From IMG/VR virus record IMGVR_UViG_3300045988_052780: a DNA stretch of 64,000 bases; one strand, given 5' to 3'. Within the stretch, counting starts at the first letter, position 1, and the number at the start of each line of letters is the position of its first letter. The notes beneath the pieces were generated by a model. It was not told the origin of the DNA and did not search any database. It was given only the letters and a program-made list of their open reading frames with translations. This stretch comes from a virus. Shown piece after piece: positions 8,514 to 17,572 of this stretch. The translations under genes and the position numbers were made by a program.

Positions 8514-9351
8514 GAATGATGGTAGAAGACATACTTCAGTAACAACATTGATTGGTCAGTATTGTCAAGAGTTTAACTCAGATTTCTGGTCACAGTATAA
8601 AGCATTGCAGAAACTATTAAGTCCTGCGCAGTTCTCTATGGAGAAGAAACATCTACTGGATACTAAGAAATTCGATAAGAAGTATTTTATAGATACATAT
8701 GATTTAGACGAAACAGAATTTAATTCTGTACAGCAAGACATACTGGATGAATGGCAAAGAACCAATAAAGCATCAACTGATAGAGGTACTTCTATTCATT
8801 CTGATTTAGAGCATATGTATACAGGTAAAAAGAAATGTACAGTTAAACAGTATGGAGTGGGAGGTGAATTTCAAGTTAGTGCAGATTATTATGAATTAGA
8901 TATTGAAAGAGGCGTTTATCCAGAGTATCTAATTTATTACAAATCTGACGATGGAGTAGTACGATTGGCAGGACAAATTGATTTATTAATTAAGGATGGT
9001 AATGATATCTATATCGTAGATTATAAGACCAACAAGAAACTGGATGAGAGGTCATTCTTCGATACTAAAACTAAGAAGAGCCAAATGATGAAGTATCCTA
9101 TCAATAATCTAATGGATTGTAATAAAGTACATTATACTTTACAATTATCTTTATATGCATGGATGCTTCAGCAAATAAATCCAGACTTTGTAGTTAAGAA
9201 ACTTATATTAGTACATTATGATCATTCAGGCAATGTTACTGAACACGAAGTAGAGTATTTAAAGGATGATGTTGAAAGACTCCTTAAATATCACAGAAAG
9301 CGGTGTGTATTAGAGGAACTTAGGGATAAAAGGAAGCCTATAGAGTTCTAA
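8449..9351 (+). CDS. PD-(D/E)XK superfamily nuclease (RecB/Cas4/phage-exonuclease-like), 300 aa
   Basis: Motif GQIDLLIKDGNDIYIVDYKTNKK (D ... D/E-x-K) plus a conserved N-terminal HTY/SVT region. Overlaps the upstream gene by 65 nt. Confidence 0.5.
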   Translation: MEVDKRNGQVCFNNLTHTYWNENDGRRHTSVTTLIGQYCQEFNSDFWSQYKALQKLLSPAQFSMEKKHLLDTKKFDKKYFIDTYDLDETEFNSVQQDILDEWQRTNKASTDRGTSIHSDLEHMYTGKKKCTVKQYGVGGEFQVSADYYELDIERGVYPEYLIYYKSDDGVVRLAGQIDLLIKDGNDIYIVDYKTNKKLDERSFFDTKTKKSQMMKYPINNLMDCNKVHYTLQLSLYAWMLQQINPDFVVKKLILVHYDHSGNVTEHEVEYLKDDVERLLKYHRKRCVLEELRDKRKPIEF

Positions 9352-9436
9352 TGAGTTAATGTAATTTAGAGTATCCTTCAGACTGAGTTCTGAGATATTA
9401 AATAGTAGAAGACCATATTTAAACTCATTAGAATCT

Positions 9437-9706
9437 ATGGGATTAGCTAATATTGTTAATGGACATTTAAATGAGCTACTAGGAAATAATGCTGATATAG
9501 CTAGAGCTCGAATGAGAATTTGTAAAGAATGTCCTATTAGAAAGGATTCATTTTTAGGATACTTATGTAGTAGTAAGTTATGGCTGAATCCTAAAACTGG
9601 AGATGTATCAACTGAAGAGAAAGATGGTTATAAACGTGGATGCGGATGCAGACTCAGTGCTAAAGTTAGAGACTTAGATTCTGTATGCCCCGCAGGTAAA
9701 TGGTAA
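9437..9706 (+). CDS. Small Cys-rich putative zinc-ribbon protein (89 aa)
   Basis: CKECP ... C ... CGC ... CPAGKW cysteine pattern. Confidence 0.4.
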   Translation: MGLANIVNGHLNELLGNNADIARARMRICKECPIRKDSFLGYLCSSKLWLNPKTGDVSTEEKDGYKRGCGCRLSAKVRDLDSVCPAGKW

Positions 9707-9716
9707 TGATTTAATT

Positions 9717-10265
9717 ATGAGTAACAACGGAACAATGGATTTAATGTTTGGTGGCAAAGGAATTAGCTTTGCTGGTGCAGATGGATTTGAAGATTTAAAG
9801 AAGGAAGCTGCTGTGGAAGCACATAATAAGGCAGTAGATGCTTACACTAAAGCTTTAAATGAGAATATTAAAGACGAGCTTGCTAAAGCTGAGGAAGTTA
9901 CAGAGAAGATGAATTCAATGGAAATTATGCCTATTAATTCATACATCTTAGTAAAACCTTATGCTAAAAATCCATATCAGAAGATTGAAGTAACTAAAGG
10001 TGGGCTTATTATTCCAGAATATGATGGAGCATTTAAGAATCCAGATACTGGAGAGAAGGATACAGAATATCAATTATCAGTAGTTGCTAATGTAATAGAA
10101 GTAAGTCCTTTATGTAAGTTTGTTAAGCCGGGTGATGATATTTATTACAGACGTTCATCTGGAGTACCTGTACCATTCTTCAGACAGGGATTTGAAGTAG
10201 TAGCTGAACAGCAAGTTCAAGTGGTTATTAATGAGGGATTAAAGGAGAGATTTAGTAAATTGTAA
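9717..10265 (+). CDS. GroES/Cpn10-like co-chaperonin (T4 gp31-like) with an N-terminal coiled-coil extension (182 aa)
   Basis: C-terminal about 110 aa: IMPINSYILVKP...KGGLIIPE...VKPGDDIYY...VVAEQQVQVVINE. This aligns by eye with GroES (IRPLHDRVIVKR...AGGIVLP...VKVGDIVIF...ILAIVE). Confidence 0.5.
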   Translation: MSNNGTMDLMFGGKGISFAGADGFEDLKKEAAVEAHNKAVDAYTKALNENIKDELAKAEEVTEKMNSMEIMPINSYILVKPYAKNPYQKIEVTKGGLIIPEYDGAFKNPDTGEKDTEYQLSVVANVIEVSPLCKFVKPGDDIYYRRSSGVPVPFFRQGFEVVAEQQVQVVINEGLKERFSKL

Positions 10266-10267
10266 TT

Positions 10268-10495
10268 ATGGAAGAGAAAGTGTTTTATTTACCAGGAGAG
10301 GTGGTAACTCTTAGGCAGGATATTCCTTATAAGCCTAAGATGATTGTAGTTAAAAAGGAAACTATGACGTTTAGACCATCCAAAGATGAGAAGAGAGATG
10401 ATTACTTTATAGGTATTAGATGCAGATGGTTCTCCACTGAAGGTGTTCTTCAAGAGGCTGTCTTTAATACCAAAGACTTATTAAAAGTAGAATAA
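10268..10495 (+). CDS. Hypothetical protein (75 aa)
   Basis: ORF tightly packed between neighbours. Confidence 0.4.
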   Translation: MEEKVFYLPGEVVTLRQDIPYKPKMIVVKKETMTFRPSKDEKRDDYFIGIRCRWFSTEGVLQEAVFNTKDLLKVE

Positions 10496-10497
10496 CA

Positions 10498-11346
10498 ATG
10501 TCAGTCAATAATAAAGAGAGGGTTCTTAGCCCTCTCTTTTACAAAGACGGAGGTACTTTAAATAAGGATGGTAAAGAATTTGCTTCTTATTTATATGCTA
10601 TCTCTGGAGCTAAGAACGATGAAGAGTTGCAGAAGTTCTTATTAGATACTGGTATGGAAGAGATTAATAAATTATATACGGATTGGAAGAGTAATAAATC
10701 TAAAGTAATGGAAGCTAAAGACGGAGCTAGAATAGACTACATTAAGAGACTTCAAGGTAGATGTCCAGAAGGATATGAGGTTGAGAAATACATGGCTGGA
10801 GGTTGTGTTAAGTGTAGAAAGAAGGCTATGGCTGAAAGTAATAAAGTAATTGACGTATTCAAAGATAAATGCGGAGGAAAGGCTAAGAAGAGAATTAAGA
10901 AGAATGAGGATGGTAATACCATCACTAAGAATGATACAATTCATACTAAGAAGGGAATTTACAACCTAAGTAACAAGAAGACTCCTTATAAGAAGATGAC
11001 TCCATCTGATTATAGGAAATTGTCACCTTCTGAACAAACTAGAGTGGATATGAAAGACCAGGGTAGTGGAAGGGCACAATCTGAAGCAGCAGCTGCACGT
11101 AGTAATAAAATAGGTAAAAAGTTAAATGGAGGCACATTAGTCGCATTCAAGTGTGGTGGTAAAGCTAAGAAACGTATTAAGAAGAATATGGGCGGTACAG
11201 TTAGCAATAAATGGAGTATTCCATCAAATGCTAAAGGTGACGCCATTCGTCATATAAACGGAGGTCCTGGCTCAGCAGATAGTACAAGAGAGATGAAGTT
11301 TAATGGATTTCAGAAGAAAGCCTTAGCTGGCAAATCGTATAAATAA
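10498..11346 (+). CDS. Lys-rich basic protein with an internal duplicated motif CGGKAKKRIKKN (x2). Possible nucleic-acid-binding or internal protein (282 aa).
   Basis: The ORF (282 aa) contains (D/F)KCGGKAKKRIKKN twice, encoded by different codons. Confidence 0.45.
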   Translation: MSVNNKERVLSPLFYKDGGTLNKDGKEFASYLYAISGAKNDEELQKFLLDTGMEEINKLYTDWKSNKSKVMEAKDGARIDYIKRLQGRCPEGYEVEKYMAGGCVKCRKKAMAESNKVIDVFKDKCGGKAKKRIKKNEDGNTITKNDTIHTKKGIYNLSNKKTPYKKMTPSDYRKLSPSEQTRVDMKDQGSGRAQSEAAAARSNKIGKKLNGGTLVAFKCGGKAKKRIKKNMGGTVSNKWSIPSNAKGDAIRHINGGPGSADSTREMKFNGFQKKALAGKSYK

Positions 11347-11349
11347 TTT

Positions 11350-11928
11350 ATGAAGGTATTCCTATTTGATAATGCTAATAATAAAGTGATTATAAATGAG
11401 CCAGAGGTTCTTCTTATTAAGGAATTCGCTGCTCTATGGACTAATGAGAGGAATAAGACCAAAGAAGACCCTAAAGGCATTTATAAATCTAGAGCTTATA
11501 GAGAGCTTACTTACATATGGCTAATGATAGACTGGGCGTCCCCCTATTCTGATTATGCAGAACAAGACAGACACCAAGCCTGTTTACAAGATGCTAATTT
11601 AAGTGAAGATGAATGGGCAGACCCAGTCTTCAGAGCTGCATGTAGGAAATATAGAGATATGCAAAATGAATCCAGAGCACTTAAACTTATCAAAGCCGCT
11701 CAAGGAGTAGTTGATAAAATTACTGATTATTTCGATACTATAGATTTAAGTGAAAGAGATCCTATTACTGGAAGACCTATTTGGAAGACTAATGATGTGA
11801 TGAAGGAGATGCAATCGGTTTCTAAAGTGGTGGATGAACTCAAGTCACTAGAATACATGTATAAGAAAGAACAGGAAGAGGAAACTGGAGTCAGAGGTGA
11901 AGGTGATATAGGGCATTTCGATAGATAA
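11350..11928 (+). CDS. Hypothetical protein, a candidate small terminase subunit by position (192 aa)
   Basis: Immediately upstream of and translationally coupled to the large terminase. No diagnostic motif. Confidence 0.3.
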   Translation: MKVFLFDNANNKVIINEPEVLLIKEFAALWTNERNKTKEDPKGIYKSRAYRELTYIWLMIDWASPYSDYAEQDRHQACLQDANLSEDEWADPVFRAACRKYRDMQNESRALKLIKAAQGVVDKITDYFDTIDLSERDPITGRPIWKTNDVMKEMQSVSKVVDELKSLEYMYKKEQEEETGVRGEGDIGHFDR

Positions 11929-11930
11929 TT

Positions 11931-14189
11931 ATGGCTGGACGTGGAAGACCTAAGAAGAAAGTAGAAGTTCCAGAAACAGTTCAAGAATTGATAAATAGAG
12001 TAGAACCCGAATTAGTAGAGGCTATACCTTACGTAGAACCAATTAATAAGGAATCAACAGTTAAAACTAAGTTTGAATGGGATGTTACTGCTAACGAGGA
12101 GATTACATATTTCGATCCTACTTTATCTTATGAACTGACTGGTTACCGACCAGTAGACGAGGAGAGAGGGTTAGACTTTGATCCTGCATGGTTTACTGAA
12201 GCTAGAGAGATTAAATTAAGAGATGGTAAGTATTGTTCCTATCCTAAGGGATCTAAGAAGTATAATGACTTTTGGGTAGAGGAATTTAGAAGGTGTAATC
12301 AAGGATATGAATCACATGGATATAGGATTACAGGTGATAATTACTTCTTCTTAAACTATTACAGACTTAAGAATACTGACGTGTCTCAAGCCGGTTCTGG
12401 TCGTGAAACCACATTTCCAGCATTCTTTAGTAAGCAATATGAATACTTCCATTACATAGAATTATGTGAGAAGTTAAGTAAGGATGTGTGTGCCCTTAAA
12501 GCTCGTGGAGTCGGATTTTCAGAGATTGCAGCATCACTTGGAGTTAGACTATATACTACCGTTAGGGGTTCTCATACTGTATATGTAGCGTTTACAGAGA
12601 AATTCGTTACTGACGTGCTCCGTAAATGTTGGGAACAGCTTGAGTATTTGAATGCAGATACTGAAGGTGGTATGAGACATTTAAGACAGAAATATAATTC
12701 TGACATGCATAAGAAGGCTTCCCTTCTTACTAAAGATAGAGAAGAATTTGGATTCATGTCAGATATTGTAGGATTTGTAGTAGATGTTCCTCGTAAGCTT
12801 CGTGGAGACCGTGTAGATAGACTATTCTTTGAAGAATCTGGTTCTAATCCAATCTTAGTAAAGACCTACTTACAGAGCACAGCTCTTGTGGAGATTCTGG
12901 GTAATAAATTCGGAACTAGATTCGTATGGGGAACTGGTGGCGATCAGGGTCCAGCATTAGATGGACTTAGTAAGATGTTTTATAATCCTGGAGGTTACAA
13001 TTTCCTACCATATAAGCATAACCATACTAAAGATGGTTCTTATGCTCTGACTTCTTTCTTTATTCCTGCATATACATTCGTAGCTAGAGATGGGTATGTA
13101 GATAATAGAGGAGTTACTAATACTGAGAAGGCTAAGAAATTTTATCTAGAACAGAGAGAGTCTCTATTAGCTAATCCTAAAGAACACTTAATAGCATGTG
13201 CTGAGTTCTGTTTCACTCCAGATGATGCATTGGCTCTAGAAGGAGATAATCAGTTCAACACAGTATTATTATCAGAACAATTAGCTAATATTAAGCTTCA
13301 TAAAATGGGACCACATATTGACGTAGGTCAATTGGAATATAACTTTACTAATAATCAACATACTGAAGAAGCTATAGATAGCGTTAGGTTTGTTAGTAAT
13401 TCAAATGGTAAAGTTAAAATACTTGAGCATCCTATTAGAGGAGAACATGGATCGGTTCCTAGAAATTTATACGTAGCTGGTATTGACGGTATTGATATGG
13501 GTGGTGAAGATACTTCTGATAAGACTCAAGACCCGTCCGATTTCTGTGTAGTAGTTATGAAGAGAGCTTATGGTCTTGACGAGCCTAAAATTGTATGCTA
13601 TTATAGAGATAGACCTAGAACCCTTAGAGAAGCTCATATGACATGCTTAAAGATATTGCAATACTATGACTGTCAAGCAGTACTGGAATCTACAAGAATG
13701 TCGACCCTGCAATTCTTCAGAGAGAAACATAAGGAGAATAGACATTTGATGAGGCGTCCTAGAGCTACACAGTCTGATATACAAGGGGGACGTAGTAAAC
13801 AGTTTGGAGCACCTGCCACTGAAGTAGTTATTAGGCATCAATTGGATTTAATTGCACAGCATATTGAAGATTACTGCCATAATATATGGTTTGAAGAAAT
13901 ACTAGAAGAAGCTATTAAATATAGTTACGAGAATAAACGTAAGTTCGATATTATAGCAGCTTGGGGAATGTGTATGTTAGGAGATGAAGAACTAATGGGA
14001 GTAGTTCCCAGGGAAGTTGACAGCCCTAATAATAAACTACGACCATTTGGGTATTGGGTAGATGAAAGAGGTATTAGGCATAAAGGAGTAATTCCTGAAA
14101 GAGAAGCTATAGTACCTAAGTTTAACTTATGGCCAACACAGTACGATGACCCTACAAGGATTAGAAGTAGCAATCAAAGATTTATTTAG
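11931..14189 (+). CDS. terL: Terminase large subunit (752 aa)
   Basis: Size, position before the portal, and a C-terminal RNase-H-like nuclease signature LYVAGIDGIDMGGEDTSDKTQDPSDFCVVVMKR. This fits the hhhGhD.G motif of terminase nuclease domains. The N-terminal ATPase-like region is less clear. Confidence 0.65.
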   Translation: MAGRGRPKKKVEVPETVQELINRVEPELVEAIPYVEPINKESTVKTKFEWDVTANEEITYFDPTLSYELTGYRPVDEERGLDFDPAWFTEAREIKLRDGKYCSYPKGSKKYNDFWVEEFRRCNQGYESHGYRITGDNYFFLNYYRLKNTDVSQAGSGRETTFPAFFSKQYEYFHYIELCEKLSKDVCALKARGVGFSEIAASLGVRLYTTVRGSHTVYVAFTEKFVTDVLRKCWEQLEYLNADTEGGMRHLRQKYNSDMHKKASLLTKDREEFGFMSDIVGFVVDVPRKLRGDRVDRLFFEESGSNPILVKTYLQSTALVEILGNKFGTRFVWGTGGDQGPALDGLSKMFYNPGGYNFLPYKHNHTKDGSYALTSFFIPAYTFVARDGYVDNRGVTNTEKAKKFYLEQRESLLANPKEHLIACAEFCFTPDDALALEGDNQFNTVLLSEQLANIKLHKMGPHIDVGQLEYNFTNNQHTEEAIDSVRFVSNSNGKVKILEHPIRGEHGSVPRNLYVAGIDGIDMGGEDTSDKTQDPSDFCVVVMKRAYGLDEPKIVCYYRDRPRTLREAHMTCLKILQYYDCQAVLESTRMSTLQFFREKHKENRHLMRRPRATQSDIQGGRSKQFGAPATEVVIRHQLDLIAQHIEDYCHNIWFEEILEEAIKYSYENKRKFDIIAAWGMCMLGDEELMGVVPREVDSPNNKLRPFGYWVDERGIRHKGVIPEREAIVPKFNLWPTQYDDPTRIRSSNQRFI

Positions 14190-14451
14190 AGAAGTATACT
14201 GTAAGGAATATGTTGGAAAGTTAAAACTAGAAGAGTTATTAACTACTGAAGGTACACATAGAGGATATAAACTTACTCTTGGAATGAACAATGTAGATAA
14301 GCCTATTATTATATCATTTGAAGGTGATTCTAAATCATACCTTAAATTCCTTAAACAAGAACTTAGAGATAGACGACTAGGAGACACGTTATACTTCTTA
14401 GGATATAAACAATATAATAAATTAGAAAGTTGTAATGAGTGTACACAATAG
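14146..14451 (+). CDS. Small hypothetical ORF between terL and portal (101 aa; overlaps both). Uncertain.
   Basis: ORF only. Confidence 0.25.
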   Translation: MTLQGLEVAIKDLFREVYCKEYVGKLKLEELLTTEGTHRGYKLTLGMNNVDKPIIISFEGDSKSYLKFLKQELRDRRLGDTLYFLGYKQYNKLESCNECTQ

Positions 14452-16636
14452 AGGTGATGAATACTTAATGGAGCATATTGATAAGGCAGTATCCGAATTA
14501 GTATATCCTAAGTATAAATTACAGAAAGCATACAATTACTATAATGGATATAGGGATGCTGAGCAGTACAGATACCTAGAGGAGAATTTTGGAATAGGTA
14601 ATCCTACTTCTATTGAATTTACACCTCTTATCAGAAAGCATGTAGATGCTTTACTAAATGAATATCTAGGTACACCACTACTCCCTAAAGTATCATGCAA
14701 GGATAAAGAAACTATATCTAAGATAACTAGAGATAAAGAGTTGAAGATAACTGAAGAAGTATATGGATATTTACAAAGACATTTAAATAACCAAATTCTT
14801 AGGTTTCTTAACGGTCAGGATATAACTGATAAAGCAGTAGAACAGCAAATAAACAAACTAGTTGAAGAAATCAATAATAATTTTATTAGTGACTATGAAA
14901 TAGCTGCGCAAAATGTTATTGAATATATAATTCAGTCTAGAGATATTAATCTGCTTACTAAACTTAAGAATTTACTTTTAGATCTATTGGTAGCAGGAAT
15001 GTCTTTCTATCAAGTACGTCCCACTAAGGAGCGTAATAATGTAGAGATAGAAGCATTAGATCCCCGTAATGTCTTTGTAGATAGAAATCCAGATTCAGTA
15101 TACGTTAAGGATAGTTATAGAGTTGTAATTAGAAGATGGCTTACTAAGCAACAGATATTGAATAAATATGGTAGTAAACTGGATGACTCTAGTATAAACG
15201 AACTAGAGGAAATGTTCGAAGGTTATTATGATAGCAGTTATATATATGTTCGTGCTATGAATAATGCCACAACTGGAGCACCTATTACTGACGGATTAGA
15301 GGCTGGAAAGGAAGTTATACCCGGATTTCCTACTGACTATTACGAGACATATAACTATAAGTTAATTCCTGTATTTGAAGTAGAATGGATTGATGTTGAT
15401 AAGGAAGGTGATGATTTCATAGAGAATAGATATGAAGGTGTTAAAATTGGACAATCTATATACATATTAACAGGCAAATCTCCTGATGTTATTAGAACTA
15501 AAGATAATCCTTCTAAATGTGGATTATCAGTAAATGGGTTATTCTTTGTTAATAGAAGCAATGAACCATATTCTCTTGTTTTGGCATGTTCACATCTTCA
15601 AGATAAATACGACTTGATTACATTCTTCAAGGATAACATAATAGCTAACAGTGGAACTGCTGGAGATTGGATCGACTTTAGTATGCTTCCTACAGCTTTA
15701 GGTGATGATTTAACAGAGAGACTTCAGAAGTTCATTGCTTATAAGAAGACTGGTATAGCTCCTATAGACACCAGTCAGGAAGGCAGAGCATTTAATAACA
15801 ATACTTCATTTGCTGGCTTTGATGATTCATTAAAAGCTGATACTATTCAAGCTTTTGAACTTGCTCTTGATAGAATTGAGAACACTTGCTCTTCAATTAC
15901 TGGAGTATTTAGAGAAAGGTTAGACGGTATTGAAACTAGAGCTGCTGTTAATAATGTTAAAGTAGGAATGAGAAACTCATACATTATTACTAAAGGATAC
16001 TATCAACAGATGGATACTCTATCTGAAGATATATTGATAGATTCTCTAAATATAGCTAAGAAGGTATGGAAGCGTAAACCTCTTACAGGAATTCTAATAC
16101 TAGGAGATAAATTACAGAAGGTGTTTACTGCGCTACCTGAACATTTTACTTTTACTGATTATGATGTTCATGTTACTAGTAGTTCTAAGATAATGGAAGA
16201 GATAGATAAGATTCAGCAAGTAATGATGGAGTTCATTAAGGCTGGTCAGCTAGATCCTGACATTGCTATGGAATGTATGACTGCCAGAAGCATGACAGAG
16301 TTAAAATCTAAACTGAGTGTAGCATTTCAAAAGAGGAGAGATGAAGTACAGAATACTCAACAGTTACAGCAGCAACTTGAAGAGTTACAGAAGCAACTTG
16401 ATAGAGCTAGTCAAGAGAAGGAGAAGTTGATGAACAAGATTGAGTCTCTTAATGAAGCTAAACTTGCTCTCGATAAACAGAAGATTGAGTATGATTATGA
16501 GATTGGAATTATTAAGGCTCAAGCTGACAGAGATTATAAACAGAGTACTTCTGAAAATGACACCAAACGTACAGATATAGAAGTAGCCCAACAATATGAT
16601 GGGAATCAGCGAAATAACGAAATAAAGAATATATAA
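14435..16636 (+). CDS. Portal protein (733 aa) with a C-terminal coiled-coil tail
   Basis: Large ORF directly after TerL. A Q/E/K-rich coiled coil (QQLQQQLEELQKQLDRASQEKEKL...) is common at portal C-termini. No specific motif recognised. Confidence 0.5.
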   Translation: MSVHNRGDEYLMEHIDKAVSELVYPKYKLQKAYNYYNGYRDAEQYRYLEENFGIGNPTSIEFTPLIRKHVDALLNEYLGTPLLPKVSCKDKETISKITRDKELKITEEVYGYLQRHLNNQILRFLNGQDITDKAVEQQINKLVEEINNNFISDYEIAAQNVIEYIIQSRDINLLTKLKNLLLDLLVAGMSFYQVRPTKERNNVEIEALDPRNVFVDRNPDSVYVKDSYRVVIRRWLTKQQILNKYGSKLDDSSINELEEMFEGYYDSSYIYVRAMNNATTGAPITDGLEAGKEVIPGFPTDYYETYNYKLIPVFEVEWIDVDKEGDDFIENRYEGVKIGQSIYILTGKSPDVIRTKDNPSKCGLSVNGLFFVNRSNEPYSLVLACSHLQDKYDLITFFKDNIIANSGTAGDWIDFSMLPTALGDDLTERLQKFIAYKKTGIAPIDTSQEGRAFNNNTSFAGFDDSLKADTIQAFELALDRIENTCSSITGVFRERLDGIETRAAVNNVKVGMRNSYIITKGYYQQMDTLSEDILIDSLNIAKKVWKRKPLTGILILGDKLQKVFTALPEHFTFTDYDVHVTSSSKIMEEIDKIQQVMMEFIKAGQLDPDIAMECMTARSMTELKSKLSVAFQKRRDEVQNTQQLQQQLEELQKQLDRASQEKEKLMNKIESLNEAKLALDKQKIEYDYEIGIIKAQADRDYKQSTSENDTKRTDIEVAQQYDGNQRNNEIKNI

Positions 16637-17388
16637 TGGACTTACATATTAAAGTTTGTACTAACGATAACTGTAAGGTAATCATATTGGACGAAACGGC
16701 AGTAGGAGACAAAGGTTATCTTTCCGAGTCTTCTACTTCGACTATTAAGTACAGATTCAAATACTCTGATACAGTGTCAATTGATGTCTTACAACATAAC
16801 AAAGTAGATAATCCTGAAATTCAATTGCCAGTATTTACATTACACGATGATGCTAATAAGTCGGTAACACTACCAGTTGGATTTGATGGATGGTTTAATG
16901 TATATCATATTGTATTGCCAACTAAGGAATGGTTTGATAGAGAGTTAGCCAAACCTGTAGGCTCGGCAATTAATATGTATAAAACTGTATACTATTCAGA
17001 TGGAATATACATTTATAAGTACTTCAATGAAGCTATTAGCACTGTTACAGTAGACGAGATAGTAGAGAGAAACATAGACGACACTACTATCTCTAGAACT
17101 TACAATAACTACGTGTCTATTTGCTTCCTTAATAAATGTTATCTATCTTTGTGCCAGCAGATATTTAATAATAGGGGATTTAGTAAATGTTGGAGTAAGG
17201 ACACCACAATTGCTGAATTAGCTTATAAAAGAGATTTAGTCTGGATGGCTATTAACGTAATTAAGTATATGGTTCAATTTAATCAGTTAGCTGAGGCAGA
17301 GAGAATCATAGAACAAATAGGAGGATGTAATGGACTGTGTAAATCCGAGTTTAGAAAGTGGCCAGAAAGAGGTTGTGGATGCTCTTAA
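16636..17388 (+). CDS. Hypothetical protein (250 aa)
   Basis: ORF, stop-start coupled. Confidence 0.45.
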   Translation: MDLHIKVCTNDNCKVIILDETAVGDKGYLSESSTSTIKYRFKYSDTVSIDVLQHNKVDNPEIQLPVFTLHDDANKSVTLPVGFDGWFNVYHIVLPTKEWFDRELAKPVGSAINMYKTVYYSDGIYIYKYFNEAISTVTVDEIVERNIDDTTISRTYNNYVSICFLNKCYLSLCQQIFNNRGFSKCWSKDTTIAELAYKRDLVWMAINVIKYMVQFNQLAEAERIIEQIGGCNGLCKSEFRKWPERGCGCS

Positions 17389-17572
17389 GAAGAAAGTCAT
17401 TTGTGAGTATACCGACTTACTCAGATATATTGAAAGGGGCCACAGATATGATTATCAGCTAATTCTAGAGCAGATTAGCTTAATAGGACTGCTAGAAGAT
17501 AACGAACTTAGTAGGTCTGAATTTGTAGAACAATTTTATCTTAATCATAAATGGCAGATAACACTATTTTAG
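17330..17572 (+). CDS. Hypothetical protein (80 aa)
   Basis: ORF. Confidence 0.35.
   Translation: MDCVNPSLESGQKEVVDALKKKVICEYTDLLRYIERGHRYDYQLILEQISLIGLLEDNELSRSEFVEQFYLNHKWQITLF

Noticed and set aside
14146-14451. Independent small gene between terL and the portal gene
   Set aside because: It overlaps both neighbours and has no supporting signal. It is kept only as a low-confidence feature.
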